64,000 nucleotides of DNA from Squalus acanthias. Its lineage: Eukaryota. The stretch lies in assembly GCA_030390025.1 (NCBI GenBank), contig CM059449.1:19964001-20028000 (forward strand), in the 5' to 3' direction. The notes beneath the pieces are model-generated. The model was given only the letters and a program-made list of their open reading frames with translations, was not told the DNA's origin and made no database searches. Within the stretch, counting starts at the first letter, position 1; each line of letters starts with the position of its first letter. This document shows positions 37,085 to 50,439 of the stretch, in pieces. The translations under genes were made by a program, and so were the position numbers.

Positions 37085-37524
37085 AAACATAGAAACATAG
37101 AAACATAGAATCTAGGAGCAGGAGTAGGCCATTCGGCCCGTCGAGCCTGCGCCGCCATTTAATACGATCATGGCTGATCATCCAAATCCAGTACCCTGTC
37201 CCTGCTTTAATCCCCACAGTACACATATCCCACCCTACCCCCGTAACACCACGTATTTAATTCCCCCTAACATATCCCATCCTATCCCCATAACCCCACA
37301 TATTTAATCCCCCCTAACACTAAGGGTCAATTTATCATAGCCAAATCAACCTAACCCACACATTTTTGGACTGTGGGAGGAAACCGGAGCACCCGGAGGA
37401 AACCCACGCAGACACGGGGAGAATGTGCAAACTCCACACAGACAGTCACCCGAGGTCAGATTCGAACCCGGGTCTCTGGCGCTGTGAGGCACCAGTGCTA
37501 ACCACTATGCCACCGTGTTGCCCC
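37085..37524 (-). mobile_element. Full-length HE1-type V-SINE with CR1 tail, unit-B specific
   Basis: Minus strand has a tRNA head (ggtggcatagtggttagcac...gggttcgaatc), the V-domain gtggagtttgcacattctccccgtgtctgcgtgggtttcctccgggtgctccggtttcctccc, and a (ttctatgt)n tail. Absent from unit A at ~19418. Confidence 0.9.
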
Positions 37525-40500
37525 TGAGATCATGGCTGATCTGTATCCCAACTCCATTCACCTGCCTTGGCTCCATATCCCTTACTACACTTGGCTAGGA
37601 AAGATTTATCGAGCTCAGATGAAAAATTATTGGCCTGGATTTTGCAGTCGGCGGCATAACTACGGATTACACGCCGGCATCTGAATGGGAACCTACCTGA
37701 TGGGGACCCTCCTCCGTGAACCTGCTGGTAGGCGCTGCGTAGTAGAGGGCAGCGTATTGGCTCACAGATCTCTGGGGCGTATTGCATACCCGATGCCAGG
37801 GTAAAGGATATCTCGAAGCACAAGAAAGTAACTTGGAAAGGGAGTGGGAAGAACCAGTTGTCCTGATCCATGTCAGAAACAGCGGCATGGAAAGAACAGC
37901 GAGGAGGTCATTAAGGGAGTATCAGGAGCTCAATTAAAAAGCAGGACCTCGAGTGATGATCTCCGGAGTCTAAACAAGTGGTGTGACGAGTTGTGGCACC
38001 AGTACTGGAATAGGAAGGAGCTGGGACAGGCTGCACCTGAGAGCAAGATCCTCGCGGAAAGGATAAACAGGACTGTGGAATGGACTTTAAACCAGCATGG
38101 CATCTAACGGCATCTCTGGCCCTTATTGCGGAAGATGTTAGAGGCTTAAATTTTCTTCTCTGCTACCTCACTGGTGTATCCCATGTAGAAATCCCAAGCA
38201 TTGTGGAGCCTCACATCCAGCTCTGTAAGGTAGTTACGCCTGCTTCATGCAGTCATAGTTACGACTGGTAGGATCCCACTAGTCGTGCCCTCAAAAAGTG
38301 ACGGCAGGACACAGGAAGTAATGAACGGAAGAAGAAGCGCCCACGCTCCTCTGTTGGAAGATCCCGTCAGGGCAGAAATCGGCTCCTGCCCCTTCGCTCG
38401 CACTACACCAGACTTCTTCCCCACAGAACAGTCAAACTTTTGGTCTGTTTCCTCTAGTTACAGCTCCTGACCACCCACCCCATCCATCCTCACTAGGCTA
38501 ACGAACATTAATCCACCAGGTCTCTCTACCCCTCCATTCTGAGTTTCACGTCCCTCACACAGCCCCATCTCACTTCTGGTATTTGTACCAGTCAAAGCTC
38601 AGTGCCCCATCTGGACATTTATTCTGTATCAGTCTTATTTCATTTTCCACTCATTTCTGTGCCAGCTTCCTCTCCTGTGTATAGCTCTGTCCTACCTACA
38701 TTTGTGACCTCTCCAACCTTGCAACATTAACACGTTTGTCCAGAGCTGCGGGCTGAAGGCCCTAGCCAATGTGCCTGGAGTATCTTACTTTGCATGAGCA
38801 ACTGTGATTTTCTGCAATCTTGGTGGTGTAAGGTAATAGTAAAACATGTCCAGTAAATATTGGCATTTCCAATACTCATTATACATACATTGAAGGCTAT
38901 TGGATCAAGCTCTGTCCCTTTTTCCTGATATATGCACAAGGGAACTGAACAGAATGCTACCATACACGGCTATGGTGATTGTGCACTGTCGGAGGTGCCA
39001 TCTTTCGGATGAGACGTCAAACCGAGGCCCCATCTGCACTGTTGGAGGTGCCATCTTTCGGATGAGACATTAAACAAGAGGCCCCATCTGCCCTCTCAGG
39101 TAGGTGTAAAAGATCCCATGACACTATTTCAAAGAAGAGCAGGGGAGATCGCCCCCCAGTGTCCTGGCTAATATTTATCTGTCATCCAACATTACTACAA
39201 AAAAGATTATCTGCCACGTTTCCTACATAACAGTGACTATACTTCAAAAGTACTTCATTGGCTGTAAAGCGCTTTGGGACGTTGTGAGGTCGCAGAAGGC
39301 GCTATATAAATGCAAGTTCCTTCTTTTCTTTTAAGATGAACTGACTTACAAGTACAATCCAGTGTAATTTGATATTTAACTGCAGTGCAATCACATGATT
39401 ACAGTACAACCGTTACTGGCACAGACATAACTTAAGGGTATCGTAGTATCTCAGCATTGGCTTGGTTCGCTTGATTACAGTGTAGCAAAGATTAATGTGC
39501 GTGCCATATTTCAAGATTTTTCTTATCTATTTTGACGGGGCAGTGGGGGCGGGGAGGGGGAAGATGGTGTTTCTTTAAGCAAAGAATATTTTCAGAACTT
39601 CAAAAGAAAAGCACCTGGATGAAAGGTGGTTAATATACTAAGTGGAAGTGGCTTTCCCCAAGAGACTAAATAATAAGTCTTAGCATATCTAGGTAATCAA
39701 AAAACAGCTTATACCCATTGCGTTGGGAAGCCCTTTAATCTCTGTCTGCCTGGATACAGGGGGAGCTAAAAAGAGACAGGCTTTTTGAAACAGGAAGGTT
39801 GCAAGGGCAGTCCAATTTTATTCAAGGGAAAACTGAGGGCTTTCACTGAATGAGCTTACAAATGCTGGAGGCTAGTGAGCAGCCTGCTTGTTCAAGTCAA
39901 CCAAGACAAGCCACTGATGTCGTCCTGCATGGCATGTTCTTTATTTTGTATTATTACACAAAGATAAATTTTACGGATTGAATTAATTAAGTCTGATTGA
40001 TCATAAAGGCTGTTCTGTATGCTCAACTTTCTATGAAATAAAGCAGCTTAAAAATTCACATCTGGCCTCATCTTACCAAGTGTTTGTTCAATCCGCCTTC
40101 AGAAAAATTGAAGAGGTGCACGTGCAAATGACAATAATTTCCATTTCAGGTCGCAATGGGTACTATTATTATGCCCATGTACAAACAGATACAGGGCAAT
40201 AGGAGTCAACTCACAAAAGTAAAAATAAAAACAGAAAATGCTGGAGATACTCAACAGGTCAGGCAGCATCTGTGAAGAGAGAAATAGAGTTAACGTTTCA
40301 GGTCGATGACCTTTCGTCAGAACTGGAAAAAGGCAGGAAATGGAACAGATTTTGAAGCAAGTGCAGGGGCTGGGAAAGGGGGGAGGGGATGAAAGAACAA
40401 AAGGGAAGGTCTGTGATAGGATAGAAGGCAGGAGAGGTTAAGAGACATTAAGAGATATTCAAGGCAAAAGGAGATGGTAATGGGACAGGTTAAGAAACAC

Positions 40501-41074
40501 AAAAGTAAGATGCTCGCACCACTAACAGGAGCAAATGATGAAGGGATCTATGGCAGACTTGTTGCAGTCCAAGGCTACCATATGGCTCAGTGAGGTTTAG
40601 GATTGCAGTTCTTATTTAATGATTTGCTGACAAGTTAACGGCTTCGAACATACGGACTGTTCCTGTGATGTGAATGCAGAGATACCTGCTCCCTCAGGTT
40701 GATTGAATGACTACCGGGGGGTTCTACACTTCTGGAAATACCCAAGGCAGGTCTGCAGCCTTCTTTGTTCAGTGGTTTCTTCGCATCCAGGGTCTTAGCT
40801 AACCTTGCATATGCACATTTTTCTGTATTGCTATATGATCAATAAAATCTCACACATTGCTCAGAAACATGAGTGATTAAATACAGTGGGAATACACTTC
40901 ACAAAATCCGTTTAACCAGTTTTTAATCTTTCACTCTTAATCCTCTTTCTGCAGAACTATTTTGAGGACTCATTACATCCAGTCTAACTTCTGTACTTTC
41001 TAGAAGTTCAGGTCATTCTTTGGAAACTATCTAGATAGCTCCTTCGCTCTTTATCTCTCCTGCTCTCTTCTTTT

Positions 41075-41415
41075 AACATAACATAAGAACATAAGAAATA
41101 GGAGCAGGAGTAGGCCAATCGGCCCCTCGAGCCTGCTCCGCCATTCAATAAGATCATGGCTGTTCTGATCCTAACCGCCAATCTACTATCTACTATCACA
41201 GAACCATCTCCTGCATCTAACAGAATTGCACACACGAAATAGGAGCAGAATCAGGCTACACGGTCCCTGGGCCCGCTCCACTACCCACAGGGCCATGACC
41301 AATCCGAACCTAGACTCATGTCCAAATTCCTGCCCGCTCCCCGTAACCCTTAATGCCCTTTACTTCTAGGAAACTGTCTATTTCTGTTTTAAATTTATTT
41401 AATTTAATGATGTAG
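41075..41415 (-). mobile_element. CR1 3' end, unit-B specific
   Basis: Encodes FKTEIDSFLEVKGIKGYGERAGIW, with tail (ttcttatg)n. Absent from unit A at ~23190. Confidence 0.85.
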
Positions 41416-41859
41416 CTTCTAACTTTTCTCTTCCTTTCTGCCTCAGTTTCTATGATTTTGGGGTGGTGAATAGCACAGGTTTGATATCTAAAATCCCATT
41501 TACAAAACAAACCTTTTTGGAACCAAATCGAGTTAAAAAGGATTATCTGTCATAGGGATCACTTCAGAAATGCCAATCAATTGGATAGGCATGTGTCAAA
41601 TTATGTCAGCCACATTTGAAAACTTGTCAAAAACCAAATCTTGATCAGTTTGTATTGTTTAATAGTCCATAGCAATTAACTACAGCTATTCGCCGCCATG
41701 CTGAGAGTGACATCATTTTAAAAGCCTCTCTGTTTACCTCAGAGGTGCGTTCCCAAACAAGTTGACTCATCAATGTCCATTTCAGCCTGTTGCAGGACAC
41801 TTGCGGCCCCAATTTAAATCTCTCAAAATGGTTCCTACCTCCGCCAAAGCATTGAAACG

Positions 41860-43000
41860 GCCCAAATCAAAGTCACAAATGACATCCACTGTGACCGTGG
41901 TGCATTTTTCCTTCTCCACGTCTGCAGCCTTTGACATGGTCAACCACACCATCCTCAACACCTTTCCTTTGTTGTGCATCTCAGTGGGACTGCTGTTGTT
42001 TGGTTCAAATCTTACCTATGAAATAATGGCTAGAGCATCTCCAGCAATGGCTCCTCTTCCCGCCCTGGCAGCGTTACCTCTGCCGTTCACCAAGGATCTT
42101 CTCTTCCTCATCTACAAGCTTCCCATTGGCGACATCTGCAGACATGTTGTAAGCTTCCACATGTATGCTGATAACACCAAGCTCTACCTCTCCCCCACCT
42201 CTCGACCCCTCCACTGCCTCTGTGTTGTCAGACTGCTGGTCCAACATCAAGTCCTGGATGAACCGCAAATTCCTCCAGTTAAACACTGGCAAGACGCAAG
42301 CCATCATATTCGCCCCGTCACAAACTCCATACCCTTGTCACTGATTTCATCCCCCTCCCTGGCCATAGTCTCACGCTAAACCAGACTGTTTGCAATCTTG
42401 GTGTCCTATTGGACCTCGAGCTAAACTTCCGACCCCATATCTCCATTAGCAAGGCTGCCTACTTCCACCTCAATAACACTGCCTTCCTCCACCACTATTC
42501 CAATACTTCCCTAGCCGACCTCCCTTCTTCCAGGCTCTGCAAATTTCAGCTCATCCAAAACTCTACTGCCCATATCCTATCTCGCACACCCTTCACTCCT
42601 GTCCTTGCAGACTTGCATTGGCTCTCAGTCCTCCAACGCTTCTAATTTAAAACTCTCATCCTCCTGTTTAAATCCCTTCATGGCCTTGCTCCTCCCTGTC
42701 TTTATAATCTCCTCCAGCCCCACTTCACCCAACCCACCCCAGATCACTCTATTCTGCCCTCCTCTGCAATCCTCCCTTCCTTCACCCCAGTGCCTTCAGC
42801 CACCTAGGCCCCAGATGGGAATTTCCTCCCTAAACTCCTGCTCCTCTCCACCTCCGTCTCCTTCTTGAAGACCATCTTTGAAATCCACCGTTTTACCAAA
42901 TATTTAGTCACATCCCCTAATATTTGATCACGTCCCTGTGAAGCGCCTTGGGACGTTTTCCCATGTTAAAGGTGCTATATAAATGCAAGGTGGTGTTGCT
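41860..43000 (+). mobile_element. L2 LINE, degenerate RT and 3' end
   Basis: Encodes SAAFDMVNHTIL and SFHMYADNTKLYLS; ends in the L2 tail. Confidence 0.87.
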
Positions 43001-44814
43001 CTAGTTGTTTAATTGGCCTTTTCTTGTTTGTCTGTGAGATTCTCTTCAGCTCCTTGTCATTTTTTCATTCTTTTGATAATTTCTTCATGGAAAGGAATTG
43101 GGAATGAGTTATAGCTGAGTGTTTGTGAATTTGCACAATTAAAAAAAAACACAGGCTGAAGAAATTGAAGGTGTATACGAAACCTGGAGGAGCCAGTCTG
43201 TGGAATGTCGCGGCTCACAGTCAAGTTCAAACAGACAGTGAGCATTCACTGTATCTTCCCAGGCCCAGCAAGACAGGATGGCCCCCAATTCATTTTGAAA
43301 ACAACAAACGTTTTCTTTAAATCTGCTTTGCAAGGGGGTAGAAGAGGTAAGCTGGTTTATTGACAAGCCTACCGGTGAATCATTTAACAGGCAACATAGC
43401 AACAAGAGTAGGCAATACATCCCCTCAAGCCTGTTCTGGTATTCAATTACAGCGTGGCTATTCTGTACCTCAACCAACGTTCTGTTTAAGCTGCGCAGCT
43501 CTCTGCTGGTCCTGCACAGCCCAGGACCAGCTTTTCCAATGTAAAATTCCGCGCATGCACAAATCTGTGAATGAGCCGCGCACCCAAAAACAAAATTAGT
43601 GGGAACATTGACCTCAACTCCATTTACCCGCCTTTGTTGCATACCCCTTGATGCCCTTACCTAATAAAAATCTATTAATCTCAGTCTTAAAAATTTCAGT
43701 TGACCCCCCAGCATCCACAGCCTTTTTGGGGGAGCGAGTTCCAGAGTTCCACTAACCTGTGTGTGATAAAAAGTCCTTTCTGATTCCACTCCTAAATGGC
43801 CTGGCTCTAATTTTAAAATTATAACTTATCAAATCCCTTCAGGAGGAGTCAGAGCGATAGCTCTCCCACTTGATGGAATACAGAAGGGATAGAGACGCAT
43901 GGGCCATCCGGCAGCCAGCTATGTCTGGGAAGGAAGTCCATCCCTGCAAGGGTAAACTCACTCATCAATCCGCAGTTCATGTTGTGAACCAAAGGACCAA
44001 TTTACTGAATACTGAACAGGTAAATGAACAGTACGCAGTACAAAGAGCATATTTACAGTCATTGCAAATTTTGCTTCTCTTCAAAGTGTCAGAAACAACA
44101 AAGAAGCTTCTCCTGTGCTAATCGACAGCAGAAAATTGACTTTTGAAACATGGTTGCTTACTTCTCATGTGAATTTTCAGTCTTCTGGCTAGCCCCTTCA
44201 CTACTGGCTTCAGATTGACTGCTGCCTTGTTGCAACGCAGACAAGATATAGCTTCCAATTTCTCAGAATAAAGAGATTTAAAAATGGACATTTTCCCCAA
44301 ATCAAATACAACCCTCTGACTGTTGCGTTTCCCTCCTATAGCTATATTCATTTCCAGTTCCCTCGTTGCCCCTCTGACTGTTGAGGGGTAAAGTCTAGAC
44401 CTACCCCCCTGACAGACAGTTGAATTACTGTACTTCATACAGAGAGTGATAAATGCATGGAACACAAACACAATACCTAGGGAGAAAGCAGAGGCAGATG
44501 GTGTCAGAAAACTCAAGGAGCTGGGTGTTTTTTTGGTGAAGAAGTGATTGAGAATTACAAGACAACAGTGTGGTAACATACTTTTGGAAAAGGCCCGATA
44601 GTTTACAATGGTATTTTTCCAGTCCTGTTCATTCAAAACTTTCTATATTTCTGAAATGTGGAAGGGAATAATTCACATTGTATCTGCCCGCATTTCATCT
44701 ATTAGCTGCCACACACTTTCACTGAGTAATTAAGAGCTTAGATGCCATCTCACCTATACTAAACCTGACCTGGGAAGAACTGAGATCAGGAGTTTGATGT
44801 TATCAAAAAAAATC

Positions 44815-45010
44815 TCCCCATAAAGCATTCCCAAGGCAAGCACATCACGGGTTAGATGCAGAGTAAAGCTCCTTCCACAATGCCCCATTGAGCATTCCCA
44901 AATTAGGTACATTGTGGATTAGGTGCAGAGTAAAGCATCCCTTTACACTGTCCATCAAGCACTCCCATGTTGGGTACAGCAGGGGTTAATGTAAGCTAAA
45001 GCTCCTTCCA
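44815..45010 (+). repeat. Degenerate ~66-bp tandem repeat, about 3 copies
   Basis: Recurrent unit cccatt-aagcattccca...gggttagatgcagagtaaagctccttccaca. Confidence 0.65.
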
Positions 45011-46437
45011 TGTTACTCAGGAATTAACATTAAGACTTTCCGATGAGCAGCTTTCCAGTGTGATGTTTCAACCAGCCTGATCACCTTCTCTTTTGAGTTG
45101 CACTGCCAATTTAGTGCTCAAATTGGTGGTAGGCTGCTGTTGTGCGAGCCCTTGCCCTGAAGGAGCCGGGGTAAGGTTTGACCAACTCGTTTCACATGCG
45201 ACTTTTACAGCCAGCAGAGAAAATACATCAGCAGTCTGGATTGGTACCTAGGACCTAGTTGTAAAAGGATAACATTTGACCCACTGCACCTCCTAATCCT
45301 TCACCAGAGTGGCAGAACATTCTCCATCTGGGCAATTTGAATTCATGTCCTAAAGACAAAACTGCAGTGTCTAATGTAATGTGACACCTGGTTTCCCATG
45401 GGTTGCACTTGATCCCAGGTTCCAGATGTGAATGAACAGTGTCTAAGATATTGTGGCAACTGGTTCCCAGTTTGCTTTGTTGTTCACAGCCTGTCATCTC
45501 AGATGTCAAGGATTTCCACATGGTGAAATGGAAGTAGACATGCATCAAATGGTTGGGTAGCTATAATTCTCGGTGAGAATAACTCCACCTCCGCAAGATT
45601 CATACTACATCCTTTTGTACTCAAGTTTTTAGGCAATAAATGGAAAATATGTACCCACTGCTATCATTGTATTTTTCTTTGTGCTCAGTGTCGGTCTCAA
45701 AACAGAATGAAGGTACAAGCCCAAAAATCGTTGCCAAAGATATCAAGGATAAAGGCAAGAGGATCCCACAGGAAGAGATTGGAAACTGGAGCTCAATGTA
45801 AGGAATCTGTAACCTGTAGCAACATTTCCCAGAATGTGGAATTTCAGGCTTGTTCCTCATAGCATTTCATACTGCCCTAGGGTTGAACTGTCTCCAACTG
45901 CAAATAATTTTGCTATTGATACAAGAGGAGATCACTAAATCACACCATTAGTTTGGCCGTTAGGAGTAAGATGGGAAGTCAGGTGGAATTGCTTGCCCCC
46001 AATATTTGCTCTCGCATTCGCAACTAGAAAACAGTTTCCATAAGCATACCAAGTTATTTATGAAACTAAACAGGCATCCAAGCTTGTGCCATGTATGGGT
46101 GAGCGCACCCAGATTCAACAATTAATCCCAAATCATGGTAACTTGCTCAGTGAATTCGTACCACATTCTCTTGTCACTTCTGACTTGTCACCAGACCAAG
46201 GAATACAGGCAAAAAGTACTTGTTACATTTAGTTAAAGGTTAAATATACAAAAGCCTAGACACAACAAGATCCTCAAACAGCACAATACTTAAAAACCTT
46301 ATACCCACAGAGTCATTCCACAAGCAGTTACATACTCTTTTTTGAACAGCTGGGTAATATTTGCTGAACCCATGGACCCAACGTGGAGCCACGCTCAAAA
46401 GGGACTGAGAGTTGCAGATAGGGATACAACATGAATG

Positions 46438-46608
46438 GAGGCCATTTTAACCTAAACCATCCACTGGGAGTGAGGTGGAAATGGATTGGATGCCCGATTT
46501 TACCCTCTGTTGAAGTCGATGGAGAGTAAAATTGGGAGGAGTGTGAAATGGGCGTCCAACCTGAACCTGCCCCATTTCCACCGGGCCGGTTGGGTTAAAA
46601 TTACCCCC
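46438..46608. mobile_element. Degenerate hairpin MITE
   Basis: ggccattttaacctaaacc pairs with ggttgggttaaaattacc; inner arms cccgattttaccctc and gagagtaaaattggg. Confidence 0.6.
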
Positions 46609-46873
46609 TAAATCTTTGACCCAAGCAATCTTTGAACGAAGCTGCCTATTGAGCGTGCAGGAACGGTGAAAACTCTACAGGTCCTAACAAACAACAGGAT
46701 CTTTGGATGATCAGTTAGTTTTGTCTCTTAATAGACGTTCAAGCTCTGTGGAGGAACTGGATTTCGCACTATTGTACTGCAAAGTCCAATTCCCCCCCAC
46801 AGAGCTTGGGTACCTCTGCTAGAATTAAAAAATAGTGGCTTAAGCTGCAATTTACTCCATAGTCCATAGGATG

Positions 46874-47390
46874 CCTTGAGGTCATCCAAAACTCGGCTGC
46901 CCGTGTGCTAACTCACACTAAGTTCCGTTCACCCATCACCCCTGTGCTCAAGGACCTACATGGCTCCCGATTAAGCAACGCATCGATTTCAAAATTCTCA
47001 TCCTTGTTTTCAAATCCCCCCATATCTCTTGTAATCTCCTCCAGCTCCACAACCTCCCACCCCCCCACCGCCCCGAGATATCTGCACTCCTCTAATTCTG
47101 CCCTCTTGAGCATCCCTGATTATAATCGCTCAACCATTGGTGGCCATGCCTTCAGCTGCCAAGGCCTTAAGCTTTGGAATTCCCTCCCTAAACCTCTCCG
47201 CCACTCTATCTCTCATTCCTCCTTTAAGACACTCCTTAAAACCTACCTCTTTGACCAAGCTTTTGGTCATCTGCCCTAATTTCTCCTTATGTGGTTCAGT
47301 GTCAAATTTTTTGTCTTATAAGATTCCTGTGAAGCACCTTGGGACGTTTTACTACGTTAACGGTGCTATATAAATACAAATTGTTGTTGT
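46874..47390 (+). mobile_element. L2 LINE 3' end
   Basis: Encodes RSPITPVLKDLH...GGHAFSCQGLKLWNSLP, with a (ttg)n tail. Confidence 0.88.
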
Positions 47391-47679
47391 TTTTTCACGT
47401 TATAGCTACTTATTTTCAATTAAACCAATATAGTGAGTGTTTAACAGATTTACAGCTTCTGAGTTGAGGTTCTCTGAGAATAGCCTTTTCCTTCATACAT
47501 TCCACTTCGGGTTTCAACCCTCAATGAATTTCTCCTTTAATGGCTCAGTATTCAAACCCAACACTGCCCTCTTCTGTTGTAGTCGTTAGGTTACGATTAA
47601 CGTTTTGAATATGCTGTTCCAGCCACCAAAGCAACTTCTAACTTAATTGGTTTTGAGGCAATCTGTTTTAGTTTCAAAC

Positions 47680-48130
47680 AGCAACTTGCACCTAACATCA
47701 TAAATTTGTCTTTAATCTAATTAAAAGGTCCCAAAATGCTTCACAGAGGTAAAGAGCACTGGACACCAAGTGGTGGGAAGATTGGGATGATGGCTGAAGA
47801 CATGATCAAAGAAGTAGATTTTCAGAAGCCTCTTGAAAGAGGGAAGAGAGGCAGCAAAGTGTCGGAGTTTAGAGAGTGTGGCCACGAAAACTGATGGTGG
47901 AGTGAAGGGAGGAAAGGGAAGCAAATGAAAGCAGTGGAGAGAGTGGAGGGCATGTGTAGGAACAAAGAGCTGAAGAAGGTTAAAGATGATGGGAGAGGCC
48001 AAGCTAATGGAAGGACTTGTAGATGAGCCAAGGATTTTGAGATTAATCCATTGGGCAATAGAGAGCCAATAAATCTTGTTGAGGACAACGACAGGGAGTG
48101 GACTTAATGGACAAGTAGCAAATTGTGACA
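47680..48130 (-). mobile_element. Old, degenerate L2 3' fragment
   Basis: Encodes FKRLLKIYFFDHVF and resembles the L2 tail. Confidence 0.65.
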
Positions 48131-49494
48131 GTGAAATTCAGACAGCTAGCAAGGAGCACGCAGAAGCAATCAATTCTGGCGGTACGGGCAAGCAATTGTG
48201 GCAGTGGGGGAGGTAGGGGTGCAGTGGACACTAGTTTTTATGCTGAATATACTGCTTGGGTTTAACATCCATGGTCCCTCCCATAGGAGCCAGAGTATGG
48301 CTGTATCTGCCAGATATCTAGGTAAATATAGCGAGACACAGGGAATGAGCAGAGAACTCTTGCCAGTTTTGGATTCTGCATTACTGGAAAGTATCACCAC
48401 ACGATCCCTTCACCTTTTAGTACGTGGATGAATGTGCACAATAATACCAAGGCTCAGGTTATGAATCAGCAGTCAAATTTACCTAAACATTAAACAGGTC
48501 CAACAAACAATATTCAGTGCAACCGTTTTCTTCCAATATTTATAAACTTCTCCTGTGCCACCTTTCAAATATAACACTGGTCTTTGAAACACAGTCAGTC
48601 ACTCACCTCTTAAGGGAGTAAATGGTACCATGGAGCCATATGTAGCTAGGTCGACATGCTGGCTTTAGGTTGACTCCTGAACTGAGCCTATGTAGCCTAC
48701 TATAAGACCGCAATCGGTAGCTCCTAGGCACAGAACTGTCAAAAGGGAGAGTAAGGAATTGGTCATACCTCCTACGAAGCTGTTAATCAAAATTCATTAA
48801 GTGACTCCCAGATTGACAGTCACAAAGGATGTTTCTCCCAACTCACGTTGCTTGATCTGCGGTGACTGCTAATTAATTCTTAGTGCAGCCGGCTATCAAC
48901 AACACTCTGACAGATTGACCCCAATGATTCAGAAATTGGCAGCACATGATACTCCCTTTTGCCCGATACCAGCCAAGCCTCAGATGTACAGCAAACCTTT
49001 TGCTTACCAGAGAATAATGTATATTCCTTTGCTTGCAAGAACAGCCAGCAGAAACCAATTATTAACTCTGAGCGTGCTGTGACCAGCAAGAAAGGATCTG
49101 AGCGATAACCTTAAAAAAGACAATAATCCACAATTAGAAATGATTTATATTGTTTGTTAGGCCAATTGCTTACGTCTGGCCTCTGTAGCTGCTCCATCAG
49201 GGCTGCATGTCTGATTTCTTGAAAACCACTAATACCTGATGGACCAACTTTGATTGAGTTTTATTTAATGTGAGGATAACTTTTGATCTCCCATCATAAG
49301 CTTGGATTTCAAATGGTAGCGAAACATTTCACCCAGGTCAGCAATCTAGTCTTTAGTATTTTCCTACCTGGCTATGCTACTATACATGCCAAGAGCAGGT
49401 AGGGCATTCCGCAGATTAAACATTTCCAGACACATAATTCAAGTTACACGAATTACTGTGGCTCTGAGAATTTTACTCTTTTGAAATGATTTTA

Positions 49495-50370
49495 ACTCCC
49501 CAAAGCCTCTCCACCACCTAGAAGGCATAAGTCTGGACTGTGATGGAATACACTCCACTTGCCTGGATACCTACAGCTGCTACACACAAGAATTACAGCA
49601 CCATTCAGGGCAAAGCAATCTACTTGATTGGCACTTTATCCCCGAGCCTAACCATCCACCCCCATCATCACCGGCGTACTGTGGCTGCAGTGTGCAATAT
49701 CTACAGGATCTACTGCAGCAACTCGGCAAGGCTTCTTCGACAGCACCTCCCAAACCCGCGACCGTCATCATCTAGAAGGACAAGGGCAGCAGGTGCATGG
49801 GAACACCATCTCCTCCAAATCACAAAGCATTCGGACTTGGAAATAGATCGCTGATCCTTGCTGGTCAAAATTCTGTAATGGATACGGTACTATTGTAGTT
49901 ATGTCACTGGACTAATTATCCAAAGAAAGTGAGTTCAAATCCCACTATAGCAGTTGAGAATTTGAATTCCGTTTTTTTTATATCTGGAAATAAAAAGCTA
50001 GTATTAGTCAAAGTGACGAAGAAGTCGTCAGATTTTCGTAAAAACCCAACTGGTGCACTAATGTAGGGAATTAAAACTGCCGTCCTTACTCCGATTGGAC
50101 TACATGTGACTTCAGTCCCACGCCAACATGATTAACTCTTAATGCTCCCTGAAGTATCAAACAGAAGATCCATCACCTTCTCAGGGCAACTAGGAATGGG
50201 CAATAAATGTTAGCCTTGCCAGCGACACTCATACCAACAACGAAAAAAAAACCTCCCTACCTATTAACATTGTGAGCACCTTCACACCGACTGCAGCAGT
50301 TCAAAAAGGTGATCCGCCACCACCTTCTCAAGGGCAATTTGGGGTGGGCAATAAATGCCCACATGCCGAG
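49495..50370 (+). mobile_element. CR1/L2-group LINE 3' end with a nested tRNA-SINE (~49880-50250) sharing its tail
   Basis: Encodes MEYTPLAWI...TIQGKAIYLIG...HHRRTVAAVCNIY. The tail caccttctcaagggcaa...gggcaataaatg occurs twice here and again at ~61570-61620. Confidence 0.7.
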
Positions 50371-50439
50371 AAAGAATTTCTTGAAAAGTGCAGGTGATAA
50401 ACCTTTTTTAATCTGCTTTATTTTAAATCATGATCTTCG

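Larger units (their letters stand above)
23677..41892 (+). repeat. Tandem segmental duplication, unit B
   Basis: Begins ttccataccagtgctgccgatat (matches 4371) and ends caaagtcacaaatgacatccactgt (matches 23653-23677). Confidence 0.93.

Noticed and set aside
45689-45797. Plus-strand exon-like segment (tttctttgtgctcag|...caat|gtaagg) as a cytoplasmic exon of receptor B
   Set aside because: The TM exon stops before any convincing donor, the segment lies outside the duplicated unit, and it has no Tyr signalling motif.
49008-49109. Resemblance of ARSELIIGFCWLF to TEDC1 SRELLLALSWLL
   Set aside because: The match is too short, and the neighbouring candidate exons do not join in frame.
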